Below, one piece after another: positions 39,698 through 51,982 of a stretch of DNA of 64,000 nucleotides. Below the pieces are notes generated by a model. It was not told the origin of the DNA, did no database searches, and worked only from the letters and a program-made list of their open reading frames with translations. Source of the stretch: Octopus sinensis (taxonomy: Eukaryota); the NCBI RefSeq assembly GCF_006345805.1, contig NC_043000.1, positions 109,120,001 through 109,184,000 on the forward strand. Direction: 5' to 3'. Both the position numbers and the translations under genes were made by a program. Position 1 is the first letter of the stretch, and the number at the start of each line of letters is the position of its first letter.

Positions 39698-39930
39698 ACA
39701 TACATTTATGCATATATTTATAAATATATATATATATATATATCCATGTATGTATGTGTGTATGTATGTATGTATGTATGTATGTATGTATGTATGTATG
39801 TGTGTATGTATGTATGTATGTATGTATGTATGTATGTATGTATGTATGTATGTATGTATGTGTGTGCATGTGTGTATGTGTGAGTGTATGTATAGCTCCC
39901 ACTCAGTTTCCCTCTACCAAATACACTCGC
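39465..39930 (-). mobile_element. Degenerate SINE split by expanded internal microsatellite
   Basis: TTTAGTCGAACAAATC...GTACTTATTCTATCGGTC...GCCGAAC, and CAGTTTCC.TCTACCAAAT.CACTC after the array. Confidence 0.6.
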
Positions 39931-41084
39931 AAGGCATAATCATCCTCATCATGATCATTTCAATCATCATCCTCATCATTATCATCATCTTCATCGTCGC
40001 TGCCGTCCTCTTCGTCATCATCATTATCAGCATCTTTCGGAGTAATAGTTGGTAGAATTGGATAGTGTCAATAAAAAATGCCTTATAATATATAATTAAT
40101 GCGATGGACGTTATGAGGTAGTGCTCCAGCATGGCTACAGTCCAATAGCAGAAGCAAGTCCACCTTAATAGCACCACTTGGAAAAGACATTTAATGACGT
40201 TTCCTTTTGCCATTATTCTTTGGCCATTGTGGCTCATTCGCGTCAAGAATTAAGAATTATTGCACGCAGGCAGACACATCCGAAATGTGTTGCAGATACG
40301 CGTCCGGGGCCCGTTTGAAGGTGATGAGACTTCTTTTGTTCCTTATCTTACGTGTCGTGGCATCTTAAGTCATCGTCAGATTGGCTGATGATGGGTTAAC
40401 TGACCGAAACTTCGAAGCCATTGTCAATACTATTATCGTCAAAGAATATTGTATGTGTGTGTGTATTTATATGCAAATATATATGTGTCTATGTATACGA
40501 TGTTTACAGACTTTTAAACTTCACTTTATTGTTTCCGTCTCGTACGTTGTCGCATCAGACAGTCCTCCTAGTTTCATGCCCAGAATTCCCAGCCATTGCC
40601 GGGTGTTATGTCTACGTCAGAATGTTCTGTGACTGTTCCCTCGGGATACAATTCCATTTACGACTCAACTACAACCATTTATGACTTCCTTATCATACTT
40701 ACTGTTTCATTTTCATATTTTCGTTTCCATTGCTCTTATATAATTCCTGGGGATTTCTGTAGAGATTGCTGTTGTTGCTGCTGACGTCGTTGTTGTTGTT
40801 GTTGTTGTCAGTCATATTATTATTAGTGTTGTTGTTGCTGTTATTTTAACTCAAATATTTTGATGTGATATCTCAAATTCTGTTTTAATGACTCTGCTTA
40901 TCACAATCTTTGATATCAACAACAAACTTTCTTTAGAAGACACAATAAAGACTAGTCTTCTCCTCCTCCTACTCCTCCTCCTTCTCTTCCTCCTCCCTTT
41001 TTTTTATCTCCTCTTTATTTCTCAGTCTCTTCTTCTTTCAAACTATTTATATCTTTTATCTATGTTTTATCTTTGTTAATACTT

Positions 41085-41280
41085 GTTTCGGTCACTAGGC
41101 TGCGGCCATGCTGGAGCAGCACGATAAAGGGTTTTAGTCAAACAAATAGACTCCAGTACTTATATTTCTTTTAAGTCTGCGACCATTCTATCGAACTCTT
41201 TTGTCGAACCGCTAACTTGCAGGGTCTAGACAACCCAACGCTAGTTACCAAGCGGGGAAGACACGATCACAAAGACATAC
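41085..41280 (-). mobile_element. SINE 3' fragment
   Basis: GCGGCCATGCTGGAGCA...GTCGAACCGCTAA. Confidence 0.65.
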
Positions 41281-41372
41281 CTGCATTACATATAGACATA
41301 TACATACATATATATGCATATATATACACATACATATACACACACACATACACACACACGCACATATACACA

Positions 41373-41800
41373 CTCTCACAAGACAATGATAAAAAGGAAA
41401 TAAACAATTTATTGAAAAGTGACATTTTGCCCCCCTTGAAGTAAACAGCTGGATTTACCATTACTAAAAGCCAAGAATTATTATTGACAAACTGACCAAC
41501 AGCAAAGATATCAACAAATTTTCTCTCCATCTTCTTCCTTTCCTTCTTTTTCTTTAACACCCCCTTTCAGATACAAACACACACACACATACATACACAC
41601 ACACTCTCTCACAAGACAATGATAAAAAGGAAACCCAGACAATTTTTTGGAAAGTGACATCTTGCCCCCCTTGGAGTAAACAGTCGATTATTATTGACAA
41701 CCTGACCAGCTGCAAAGAGATGAACAAAATTTTTTTTCTTCTTTCTCTCCCTTTTCTTTCTTTCCTTCTTTTTCTTTAACACTTCTTTCAGATACAAACA
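41373..41800. repeat. Diverged tandem duplication (~230-bp period) separated by (CA)n
   Basis: CTCTCACAAGACAATGATAAAAAGGAAA...TTTCAGATACAAACACAC occurs twice. Confidence 0.85.
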
Positions 41801-42195
41801 CACGCACACATACACTCACACACACGCACACACACACGCACACAAACATACACACACACACACGCACACACATATGCTCTCTCTCTCACTTTCTCCCCAC
41901 TCATCACCCTCTTGTACTATCTTATATCTCTCCCCACCACTACACACTCAATAACACTATAAAAAGAGCGAAAATTCCTGCAAAAACTTAGTTCAATTTG
42001 AAGACTCCACTAGAATGGACGTAAGCGCTAATATATATAATATATGATATATAATATATGATGTATAAAAACATGTAACATGCTAATAAATATCTGTAAA
42101 TATAAAACCATCCGGATTTCTGAGTGCCTCATGTCTTCTAATATAAAATACTTATATATCATCTCCAAACCTTCTATATATATATATATATATAT

Positions 42196-42737
42196 AACTT
42201 AGAATAACTTAGAAAGGTTTTTGGCCAGTATTGGCCCAGGCCATGTCTAACTTAATAGCACCACCTGGCGAAGTCTTTCAGTTCAGGATTTGGGCACCAA
42301 GGCCCATTCGAGCAGAGAGTTATTGTTTGCGGAGACATATCCGGGTGTGGGTGGTTTGTCCGGTACTGTTTGAAGGAATTTGTCCAAAGACTTCTTGAAT
42401 TTTGTGTGGTCAGTTTCTTTTTTGACGTGTACTGGTGTAATGTTGAAGAGAGCGGGTCCAATTGAGGTGAAATAGCTGTGCCGCATTGTCGTTATGTGAT
42501 GCGATTTAGATTTTTGTTGTGGACGGATGGCACGTGGTCCAAGCCTTGGATGCATTTTGAAGGTGATGCCAACATCATTCGGACAGTGCTGATGGAATAT
42601 TTTCCACATCATACAGATAATGTAGCGTTCACGGCGTCGTTGGAGTGAATACAATTTCAGCTTCTCTAGTCTACCCCAGTAGTCAAGGTCTGACATGCCA
42701 TCTATCTTTTTTGTGATTGACCTTTGGGGAGCTTTGT
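42196..42737 (-). mobile_element. CR1-clade LINE 3' end with tandem TTCTAAGTTA tail
   Basis: QRSITKKIDGMSDLDYWGRLEKLKLYSLQRRRER...KFKKSLDKFL; AACTTAGAA x2 at the terminus. Confidence 0.85.
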
Positions 42738-42762
42738 ATATATACATACATACATACATACA

Positions 42763-42797
<35 letters not shown>

Positions 42798-42817
42798 GTA
42801 TATATATATATATATAT

Positions 42818-43018
42818 AATATATGATATAATATATGATATATAATATATGATATAATATATGATATATAATATATGATATAATATATGATATATAATAT
42901 ATGATATATAATATATGATATATAATATATGATATATAATATATGATATATAATATATGATATATAATATATGATATATAATATATGATATATAATATAT
43001 GATATATAATATATGATG
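42818..43018. repeat. 14-bp AT-rich minisatellite (GATATATAATATAT)n with 12-bp variants
   Basis: Direct reading. Confidence 0.9.
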
Positions 43019-43034
43019 TATATATATATATATA

Positions 43035-43980
43035 CGGGTGGGGTATGAGATTGGGCATTTATTTAATGGGTGTTGATATTCCTTTCGGTGCGGCGAAAAG
43101 TATATCCTTGCCTATCTTAATGGCATAGGCCAGGTTTTTTTCTTGGGTGTAGCAGTTTGAGTAAAAGTTCATCTATTAATAGTTGTTGCTTCTATAAATG
43201 TTTTACTAACAGACAAGCCTGCTATAAATAGAGTTATGTTCCATCTGTACTTGGAAGATTTTTATTTTTATTCTTCAATTTTTAGTTTTCATCTGCTTTG
43301 TTTTTTCTCGGTCTTCCCATGCCAGCAGACGATTTTATCTTCTTTGTCCGTTAACGTAATATATTTTCAGTTTCAAAAATAAATCATCATCTTGAAATGT
43401 TATCAATTTCCATTCTGATTCGAACTTCATATGTATTGATCTATTGAGATGAAATATTTTTCTATTTGCTAATTCTGAATGAATAGATATGTTCTTTGTC
43501 GTTATACATAAACGTATTTGCTGTGAATCTGATAAATGCCGTTTGTCGACCATGGCTTAGTTTGGTACACTAGTCTTCTTGTGAGCCTCTTACTAGCAAT
43601 TGGACAAGATATCTGATTGCTTAAGCTGAATTTTAGCAGTAGGTTTAAGATTTTTCTGAATGTAATGTACTACATGTTGCTGTAAGATTTCGAGGGCAAT
43701 GCATTCTAGGCACATATAGCTAACGATTTCATTGTGTTTATTGAGCGGTATATGATTTTTACAAGTAGTTTGGGTGTTTTACAATCAAACTATGAATACT
43801 GAATTGGCTACTGTATTGGAATCTACAGAGATGATAAATGATGAGTTGAACCAAATGATGATTTCTTTGTCTGGTTCGGTTTCGTCACTTTGGGAATTTC
43901 GTCGTTCCAGTCTACCTTTGATTCTGTTTTACATTTTAACTATGCAAAGATATATTTTGGCGACGGATTTAATGCATATT
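43035..43980 (-). pseudogene. Ancient Penelope-like element C-terminal remnant (a different PLE family)
   Basis: Minus strand KEIIIWFNSSF resembles the PLE IIWFNPP motif; heavily decayed downstream. Confidence 0.45.
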
Positions 43981-44074
43981 CTTATTCCATCATCATCATC
44001 ATCATCATCCTCATCATCATCATCATCATTACCATCGTCGTTGTTTTAATTAGAAATTAAGCATAATGATAATA

Positions 44075-44470
44075 ATAAAGAAAGAGCATGTATGATAATC
44101 GACATAGCATGCCTCGGTGACAACAGGATCAATGTGAAAGAAGAAGAAAAAAATAAACAACTATGACGATTCAGAATAGGAAATAAGAATTTTGTGGTCA
44201 ATGAGGAGAGTAGAGGTGATACCAATAGTAATTGGTGCTCTTGGAAGCATTAGCACTCAACTACCAACATGGCTGAAAAAGATTGGTGCAAGTGTGAAAG
44301 TAGAACACCTACAAAAATGAGCATTGCTTGGAAATGAAAGAATCCTTCGCAGGGTTCTTGAAGCATGACCAGTAAACAAGTGTCTTCCTGACACCTAGGG
44401 CAGAGAAAAGCACCGGCTTACCAATGTATACAGTGCGTTTCTCTGCCCTAGGTGTCAAGAAGACACTAGG
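44075..44470 (+). mobile_element. R4/Dong-clade LINE 3' end (restriction-like endonuclease) with terminal hairpin
   Basis: CMIIDIACLGD.RI.VKEEEK; VEVIPIVIGALGSI; LQK*ALLG..RILRRVL*. Confidence 0.75.
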
Positions 44471-44971
44471 CAAGAAATGGGAACACTGCTTTAAATGTGT
44501 GATCCTAAATATATATACACGAGACAATCCAGTATACACCCCGTGCTTATACATTCTAATTTTTCCTATCTACCGCGCAAACGCAGCTCCTTGTCGGCAG
44601 TAAATAAAAAATACCGGCTTTTTCATTTCGAAAATTATCCAGAGAAAAAAATTATCAATAATTAATAATATCAAAGGTTAATCAGAATTATTAGAAATTT
44701 CTATTACCAGTGGCCTAGCGTGTAAAACTTTAGTCAATAGACTATATATTATTCATATAAACACAGTGTATATTTAAACAAATAAGTGGCATCCATCATA
44801 GGGCTCCTTGCACGCTAGAGAGAACAGTTAAATTCCAAACCACTATTAAGGATAAAATTTCGAAGGGAATGAAAAATGAAAAATATATACCATCTTCTTA
44901 TCCACATCCTTTTCCAAAATAACTCCTTATATTGAACTCTAATATTTCCCTCTATTTAACCATCTCACATC

Positions 44972-45019
44972 GTCTCCGATGAAGGGATATCCCTAATATC
45001 CCAGAAACAGCTGTAAGAC
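44972..45019 (+). ncRNA. Minimal type I hammerhead ribozyme (U4C variant) in a pLTR-like fragment (~44590-45090)
   Basis: GTCT CCGATGA a GGGATAT cccta ATATCCC a GAAA CAGCTG TA AGAC; palindromic helix III ACAGCTGT. Confidence 0.75.
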
Positions 45020-45089
45020 TACCTTTCTCTTTATAAATGTCCTATAAATTCCACACAGCCTTGGTTTTTGTTATCTCATTTCATTTAAC

Positions 45090-45130
<41 letters not shown>

Positions 45131-45133
<3 letters not shown>

Positions 45134-45431
45134 AGGCACATGGCCTAGTGGTTAGAGCAGTGGATTCGCGGTCGACGGATCGCGGGTTCGAATCTCAGAC
45201 TGGGCGATGTGTGTGTTTATGAGCGAAACATCTAAGCTCCACGCGGCTCCGGCAGAAGGTAGTAGCGAACTTCTGCTGACTCTTTCGCCACAACTTTCTC
45301 TTACTCTTTCCTCCTGCATCTTGCAGCTCACCTGCGACGGACCGGCGTCCCGTCCAGGTGGTGAACCTATACGCCAAGGAAACGAAGAAAAGTGGCCCTA
45401 TGAGCCAGGCGCGGCTCGAGAAGGAACAAAC
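45131..45431 (+). mobile_element. tRNA(Arg)-like SINE, tail type 2
   Basis: TGGCCTAGTGG, GGTTCGAATC; head and core shared with 36346 and 61943. Confidence 0.85.
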
Positions 45432-45919
45432 AGATATATATGTATATATATGAAATGTAATTGTAAAATCTAGGGATCCAGATGAAGGGGGTTAGTAAGT
45501 TTCGTGTAGTCCGTAGAAGGTATAAAAAAACAACTTTCAGTGATGATAGTGGTTTATTGACGTAAAACGTTGGTCTCCTTGACGACAATGTAACCTTCAT
45601 TTAACTAAGGTATCTTCGGCCTGATGAGTAGCTAGTGGAGTACTCCTTGTTGAGTAATTATTATTTCCAAGGATCTGCTAGCTATGAAACCTATGTAGCC
45701 TGGATTAAGTAGGAGGACAAACGAAAGAAAGAGACACTCAACACATTTTGTAGGAGTTGTATTATTGTTGAAAGAGTTTGATTAAATGAGCTCGGGCCCC
45801 ATTCGTTTGCCTGAACCCGATGAGCTAGACACCTGTAACAAGTCTACAAAACTAATGTTACATGTGGCCGAATCAAACATCTTGACAGACCAACAAACAG
45901 AGACAGACAGACAGACAAC

Positions 45920-45986
<67 letters not shown>

Positions 45987-46002
45987 GATAGATGGATGGA
46001 TG

Positions 46003-46070
<68 letters not shown>

Positions 46071-47629
46071 CACTACGGTATGCGAGTTTCCACGGTATGC
46101 GGATGTTTTGAAAATCCCTCGGGGAGCGATGACCGTTCGCTGAATCATTACAGGCTTTCCTTTAGCAAGGCATAGCACCTGTTCAGCTAGGGACGCATTA
46201 AAATCATGGGAGTGCAGCAGAGTGGAGTATGAAGTGGCAGCAAAAGTGCTCAACTGAGCCGGCGCGGAAATGCTTACATTGATGCTCTGTCAAAAGAGTA
46301 ACTGAAATGTATCTATAGGGGGAGCGTTCATGGTTGTGCAGTCATCCAATGAAGGATTCATTGTGACTCTAGCTTCAAATAGAAATTCGTGATATAAAAT
46401 TGATTGGCGACAGAGTCGCGGGAATCCGTGCAAGCAATGCGACCGGATAATGATGATGATGATGATGATGATTCTATATGTATACTTTGACCTATTCTAT
46501 CTCCTCTGAGTTGCATTTCTCTGGAAAATTCTCACCGTTCAAAATGTATATCATACACCACTTGAAAAAGTGTAGTACTGACTAGTATAGGATGGCGTTC
46601 ACCGACTAAAGGAGTACCCCATAAGATTCAGACCGAAATAAAAATAATCCATATTTTACACCCACACTTGGGCAGAGTTGCTTACACTCTGCATGTTTCT
46701 GTGTAGGCACAAGATGACAATGGGAAAGTAACCCTTAAAAGCAGTTTAAATGGCCATTTTATCTTGATGTAAAAGACGCGGAACGAGGAAGCTTTTTAGC
46801 CCCACTGTTCAATTTTTGCTAGTTATAACTATAGGTTGTAACTAAACAGGGTGGCCGGGTGCATGATAATGGTTTAATTAACCAGACAGATCGTTGAAAG
46901 CTATCCGCTAACTTTACTAATGTCAGATTTGTATAGTCAGGTTTCGTGAGAAAAGTAACTTAATCCTTCCTTGTTGAAGGAAAAGTTCGTTGGCGCTCCC
47001 AGTTTTTTTTTATCATCAATAGTTGTTTATATGCACACACACACACACATACACACACACACACACATACATACATATATACATACATTTATACATATAT
47101 ACATACATACTCATACATACATACACACATGTATGCATACATACATACATACATACATACATACATACATACATACATACATACATGAGTGCGTGCATGC
47201 ATGCATACGCACATACGTGGATATATCCATGCATGTTCGTGTGTGATTGTTCATTTTGCTTTCCCTCTTTTCTTTTCTGTTTTTCTTTTTCTTTAAATTA
47301 AGATTTGTTCTTCCTGGCTGAGATTGTATTTCACACTGAAAGACCTTATCGTAGCAGATGTAAGAATATGAATAAGCACGATTCCTGACCTGATACTGAT
47401 AATGACTTGGAACTTGGGCACAGTGCCATTTGTTTTTGTTTGTGCTAGAGAATGATATAAACAGTTACATATTTGCTTCGGTTATATATTTGTATTGATG
47501 AAGGATAAAATGGTTCTTTGCAGATTTCCAATTCAGAGCGTAACCAGAGTCAGCTAAACACCGACAAAAGAAATGTCTTGTCATTCTTCTATTCTAATGC
47601 TGAGATAATCCGTGGGCACTACTGTCTCC

Positions 47630-47830
47630 AGTCCTAAAACTCACAGGGTCGACTAACCGATTTCCATGGCATTTCTCCCTGAATGGAACGGCAGTCCATC
47701 GCAGGGTTACTCACTTACTGCTGAGTGGACTGAAGGAACGTGAAATGATACAACACATTGCCCACTAGAGGATTCGAAACTACAATCTTAGAATCGTGGA
47801 TGCAACACTATAAGTACTAGCCCCCACACA
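47630..47830 (-). mobile_element. Degenerate SINE related to 1790-2040
   Basis: GCTGAGTGGACTG.AG.AACGTGAAATGA and TTTCCATGGC. Confidence 0.55.
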
Positions 47831-50014
47831 TTTACTGAGAGCGGAAAGAGATTCACCACAAGATATTTTAACCATTTTTCTACCGATAGTGCCGTCGCCT
47901 CCATCGTCAATTCTAATAATGAGACATGCCGCTAAAGACAGAGAACTGTAAGGTCAATCGAACCGGTTTATATTATATTAACTATTCTAAGTAGTGAGAA
48001 CAAATGCAAGTGGTCATCGTCGCCATTATCATCATCAACCCCTAGGCTTTATTTTCTATAGCCCCAAGGCGACTTGCTCGGTTTCCATGGCGTATAAGAG
48101 ACTGAAATCACAACATTCTCCTTGAACGGAATGACATTCCGTCCGCAGATTACGTCCCCCGGATCATTGAAATATAATTCTTCAAAAAATCTCTTTAACT
48201 ATTATCCTCTTTTTATCCTTCTTAAAATTCTTTTATATTTCACTCAATCTTAGCTTCGTTAGGATCTTTGTGCACCCTCTGTTATTGGAACTTTATTTTA
48301 CGAATCCATACAAACTTCCTTTCGTTCAGAGCGGGAAATGATTCTCAAACGGCGGGGAGTTTTTTTTTTTCCTTCGTAAGAGATGTACTCCCATTTCATT
48401 CTTTAAAGATTTAAATCTATTCCGTTGAACCTGTTTTCATTTGTCTTTCTTCCTTTTTGAGGGAGTCTGCTTATCCACATTAATGTTCGTCTTGTCCCCA
48501 TCCTTAAGAGTGGATGGGGCCGTGTTGATATATGGGGACCACTTCCCGGTTTTTATGTATAAACTCTCGTTGCTGTTGCAGGTGATTCTCTTTGTCTTCC
48601 CCGGCTGTAATTGATAATCATGATGGAGAAATTTCATTTGCCGATTCCATGAGTTATTCTTCGTGTCATCCTGGGATCGATAAGCTACATGACCTGTTGT
48701 TGCCTTTCAATGAGTTTTGCTGTCACATGCGTATCCTCTGCTTCATCACATACACATCACCTATGTTTCAAGGTGCCACAGTCTGGAGAATGTAGGTCTG
48801 TTCTGTTGATGAATGGAAATATGTTTCTTGGACTGCATATAGAAGTGAACAGAACCCGCGAACATTTAACAGAAGATTGTTTTATCGCACATAGAGACAA
48901 ACTACCTTGGCCTGGGAGAGAGATACGGCTTGGAGCCTATGACGACATACTACTTTTACAACGCAATAATTGTGCTATACTCATGGTGCCTTACTGTATC
49001 GTCGGGCTAATAAAAAATGCGGATCGAACAGTTTTTAAGAGAGGATCGGAAGTAAAATTCTAGAATGTTTGAGAAAACTTATCTATGTCATCGCTTTACG
49101 CTGATTTGACGTTTAATAAACCGATCACATGAAACTATGGTGGTTTGCTCGTGATATCTGATGGCGTATCCTTAGATTCGAAAGCAGATCCCCACTGCAA
49201 AGTTCGTCATCCCAGATCCATCAACGAAACAAAGTTCTGGTATTATTCTGAGATGTTGCAGGATGATGAAAACGTACTCCTTTCATGATCCCATCCGACA
49301 ACGTATACCCAAATGTTACACCAGTACTATCACCTGCCCAAAGGTAATCAGAGATCGACATTATAACCAATGCCTCTGACTGTAGCCCACAACTCTGTTC
49401 TTCCAAAATAGTATCGTGTACTATTTGGACTTGTACTTTTCTCCCCACTTCTGTTTCAAAACTGACACGTGTTTACCATATTTCCTCCTTCTCCCAAAAT
49501 TTCGTTTAAAATATCGTCTAAGACAGATATTTTGGATTAGATGAGCTGGTCAGTTGTACGCTTCGACGAATAGTGATCATTTAGTTTTTCCTTAAACGGT
49601 TTCTGTCATTGATCGTGGAGGGCTGGCCACAACACGGTGCAGAAAATAACGTCAGCTTTCGATCTTCACCGAAAATGTTTCATATCAAGACTTTTCCCGT
49701 GCGAAATAAATCTAGCAAAAGACAATTTCGAGTTGTTCGTAATTACATCCGAAGCGATGACGTGTAATATTCATGACTCCCGCCCCCTTTTTTTTTTTTA
49801 CATCAGTAATACTAGGGGAACAAAATAAAGTTTTGTCCGAAAATAAAGCATAAAATTTAATTTTATTTTGTCCGCCTCAGTAAGGAGAAACTCCAGATTG
49901 TAGGAAGTTATTTGTTTGTAATTATTTTTAGAAGAATCTCTATTCGTGTAGTAAAACCTTTCACTTCGGAGAGTGACTTGTAAATTACATCTACCATGTC
50001 AGTAGTGAATGCTT

Positions 50015-50047
50015 TGCTACTGCTGGTGCTGGTGCTGCTGCTGCTGC

Positions 50048-50083
<36 letters not shown>

Positions 50084-50114
50084 CACTACCACCACCACCA
50101 CCACCACCACCACC

Positions 50115-50164
<50 letters not shown>

Positions 50165-50183
50165 CACCACCACCACCACCACC

Positions 50184-50216
<33 letters not shown>

Positions 50217-50360
50217 CCTGATGATGATGATGATGATGATGATGATGACAATGAAGATACAGAGGAGGACAACGGGAAAGAATAGACAAACAAAAGAGAA
50301 AGAAAGGAAGGAATAAAGAAGAAGAAGAAGAAGAAGAAGAAGAAGAAGAAGAAGAAGAAG

Positions 50361-50390
<30 letters not shown>
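50015..50390. repeat. Compound trinucleotide array (GCT/ACT/ACC/GAT/GAA)
   Basis: Direct reading. Confidence 0.95.
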
Positions 50391-50391
<1 letters not shown>

Positions 50392-50815
50392 GCAGCTGAA
50401 ACAAACTATGAGAATGAGAATTAGAAAAAGGAGAAAGAGCAGCTACAAAAGGGATGATTAAAAGAACACAAGGAAGAAGGAATTTGGATAAGATTTGAAA
50501 GAAAAACAACGAAATGAAGAAAAAAATCGTTACGAAGGTAAAAAGGAGGAGGAGAGGAGAGGGAGCAGGTGGAGGAGGGGAGGGGGAACGGTAAAGTAAC
50601 GACAGCAATTTCAACATCAGTGTGAAAGACCAAAGTGTGGAGAGAATGAAAGGAATCGAGCAGGTGATGAGAAGTTCACATTTCACTGCCATTTGCATGG
50701 TGATTGTACTTGGAGAATGGTAAATGGATAGCAGCGTTATAGTGTTATACATGTCAGTCTGTATGATCGCTTGTTTATTTGTGTGTATCCGCATGCGTGC
50801 GTGCGCGTGTGTGTA

Positions 50816-50847
<32 letters not shown>

Positions 50848-51085
50848 TGTGTGTGCGTGCGTGCGCGTGCGTGCGTGCGCGTGTTTATAGATGTTTGTGA
50901 ATGCGTGTGGACCTTTAAAGGAAGTATAAACACGATCCTGAGTTACGATGTCGGTTCCTCTTGGTAATCTCTTTATATTTGTGTGTAAATATATCTATCT
51001 ATCTTTATATATATATATATATATTTGTAAAAAATGAAGTTCGAAAATGCTGCTATATTATACAATTTTTAATTTTTATATATAC

Positions 51086-51130
51086 ATTATAACATGTTTC
51101 AGTTCCTGAAATGAACCTTATCAAAAAAAG
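51086..51130 (-). ncRNA. Minimal type I hammerhead ribozyme, U3-A8 variant, weak stem I
   Basis: TTGATAA GGTTC atttcag GAACT GAAA CATG TT; helix III palindrome ACATGT; same position as the HHR of the first PLE copy. Confidence 0.65.
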
Positions 51131-51496
51131 TTATATATAAAAAAAGACAGCTCATGCCGTCAAACACAAGAAATTCATTTATAATACACAACGGAGTCAG
51201 ACATCTTAGAGTTCATGTATAGTTGATATATAGTTTGAAGTAAGTTCATTCATGCTATATGTTCAAAGTTTTCGATGCAGTGGCCCACGGTGACGATACG
51301 TATTCAATACAAAAACAGATCAAAGTGGTGGAAAGCAGTCAGTACAGAAGATTGATGTTTCCGAAAGAACGAGGAATTCATTTTTACCTTAAGCAATTGT
51401 GATGACCCATGGTGGGTGTTCGCTGGGTGGTTCTAGTGAGTCTTGTGAAGTGCTCGGTTTTATAATGCCTGTTAGGTGGTCAGTCCAGCGTAGCGT

Positions 51497-51829
51497 GACG
51501 TCATCAACGTTTTGACCAATCGTTTCGTTAGGTGGCTTTAGTCAAGCAGAACGGGACGTCATCATCATTTTGACCAATCGCTGCATTATAACTGCCTCTT
51601 GTCTGTTTCCTGTTTTGACCAGTCGCTTCGTTAGTCAAGCAGAACGGGACGTCATCCAGATTCTGCCCAATCACGACTTATAGCTACATTAGATCTGCCC
51701 CCTGTCTGTACTTGTTAGGTGACTAGTCAAGCAGAAAAGGACGTCATCAATATTCTGACTAATGACTGTCCCCTGTTTGTATCCTGTCCATTCTAGCAGA
51801 ACTAGACGTCATCAACTTGTTGACCAATC
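51497..51829. promoter_or_regulatory. Five-fold array of CRE-like + CCAAT composite motif in the PLE 3' UTR/pLTR
   Basis: GACGTCATC-N8-GACCAATC (or close variant) at 51497, 51555, 51648, 51740 and 51805. Confidence 0.55.
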
Positions 51830-51982
51830 AGAATCGGGTCTGACCCTTAGCTGTATCGTATGTATCAGGGTCAGATTTGCACGAAATAATTTTTTCCTTT
51901 TTTACTAAGGCATATTTCCGGCAGAGCGAGAGCGGCCGTGGTGGAATTTTGCTTCTCCTTTTCGGAGGACTTATCTTTTGTT

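Noticed and set aside
49991-50794. 267-aa ORF with poly-F/S/V and 106-aa poly-L/P ORF
   Set aside because: Compound trinucleotide repeats; no domain content.
51497-51829. CRISPR-like repeat-spacer array
   Set aside because: Repeats are degenerate with irregular period, spacers are partly homologous, context is eukaryotic and there are no cas genes.
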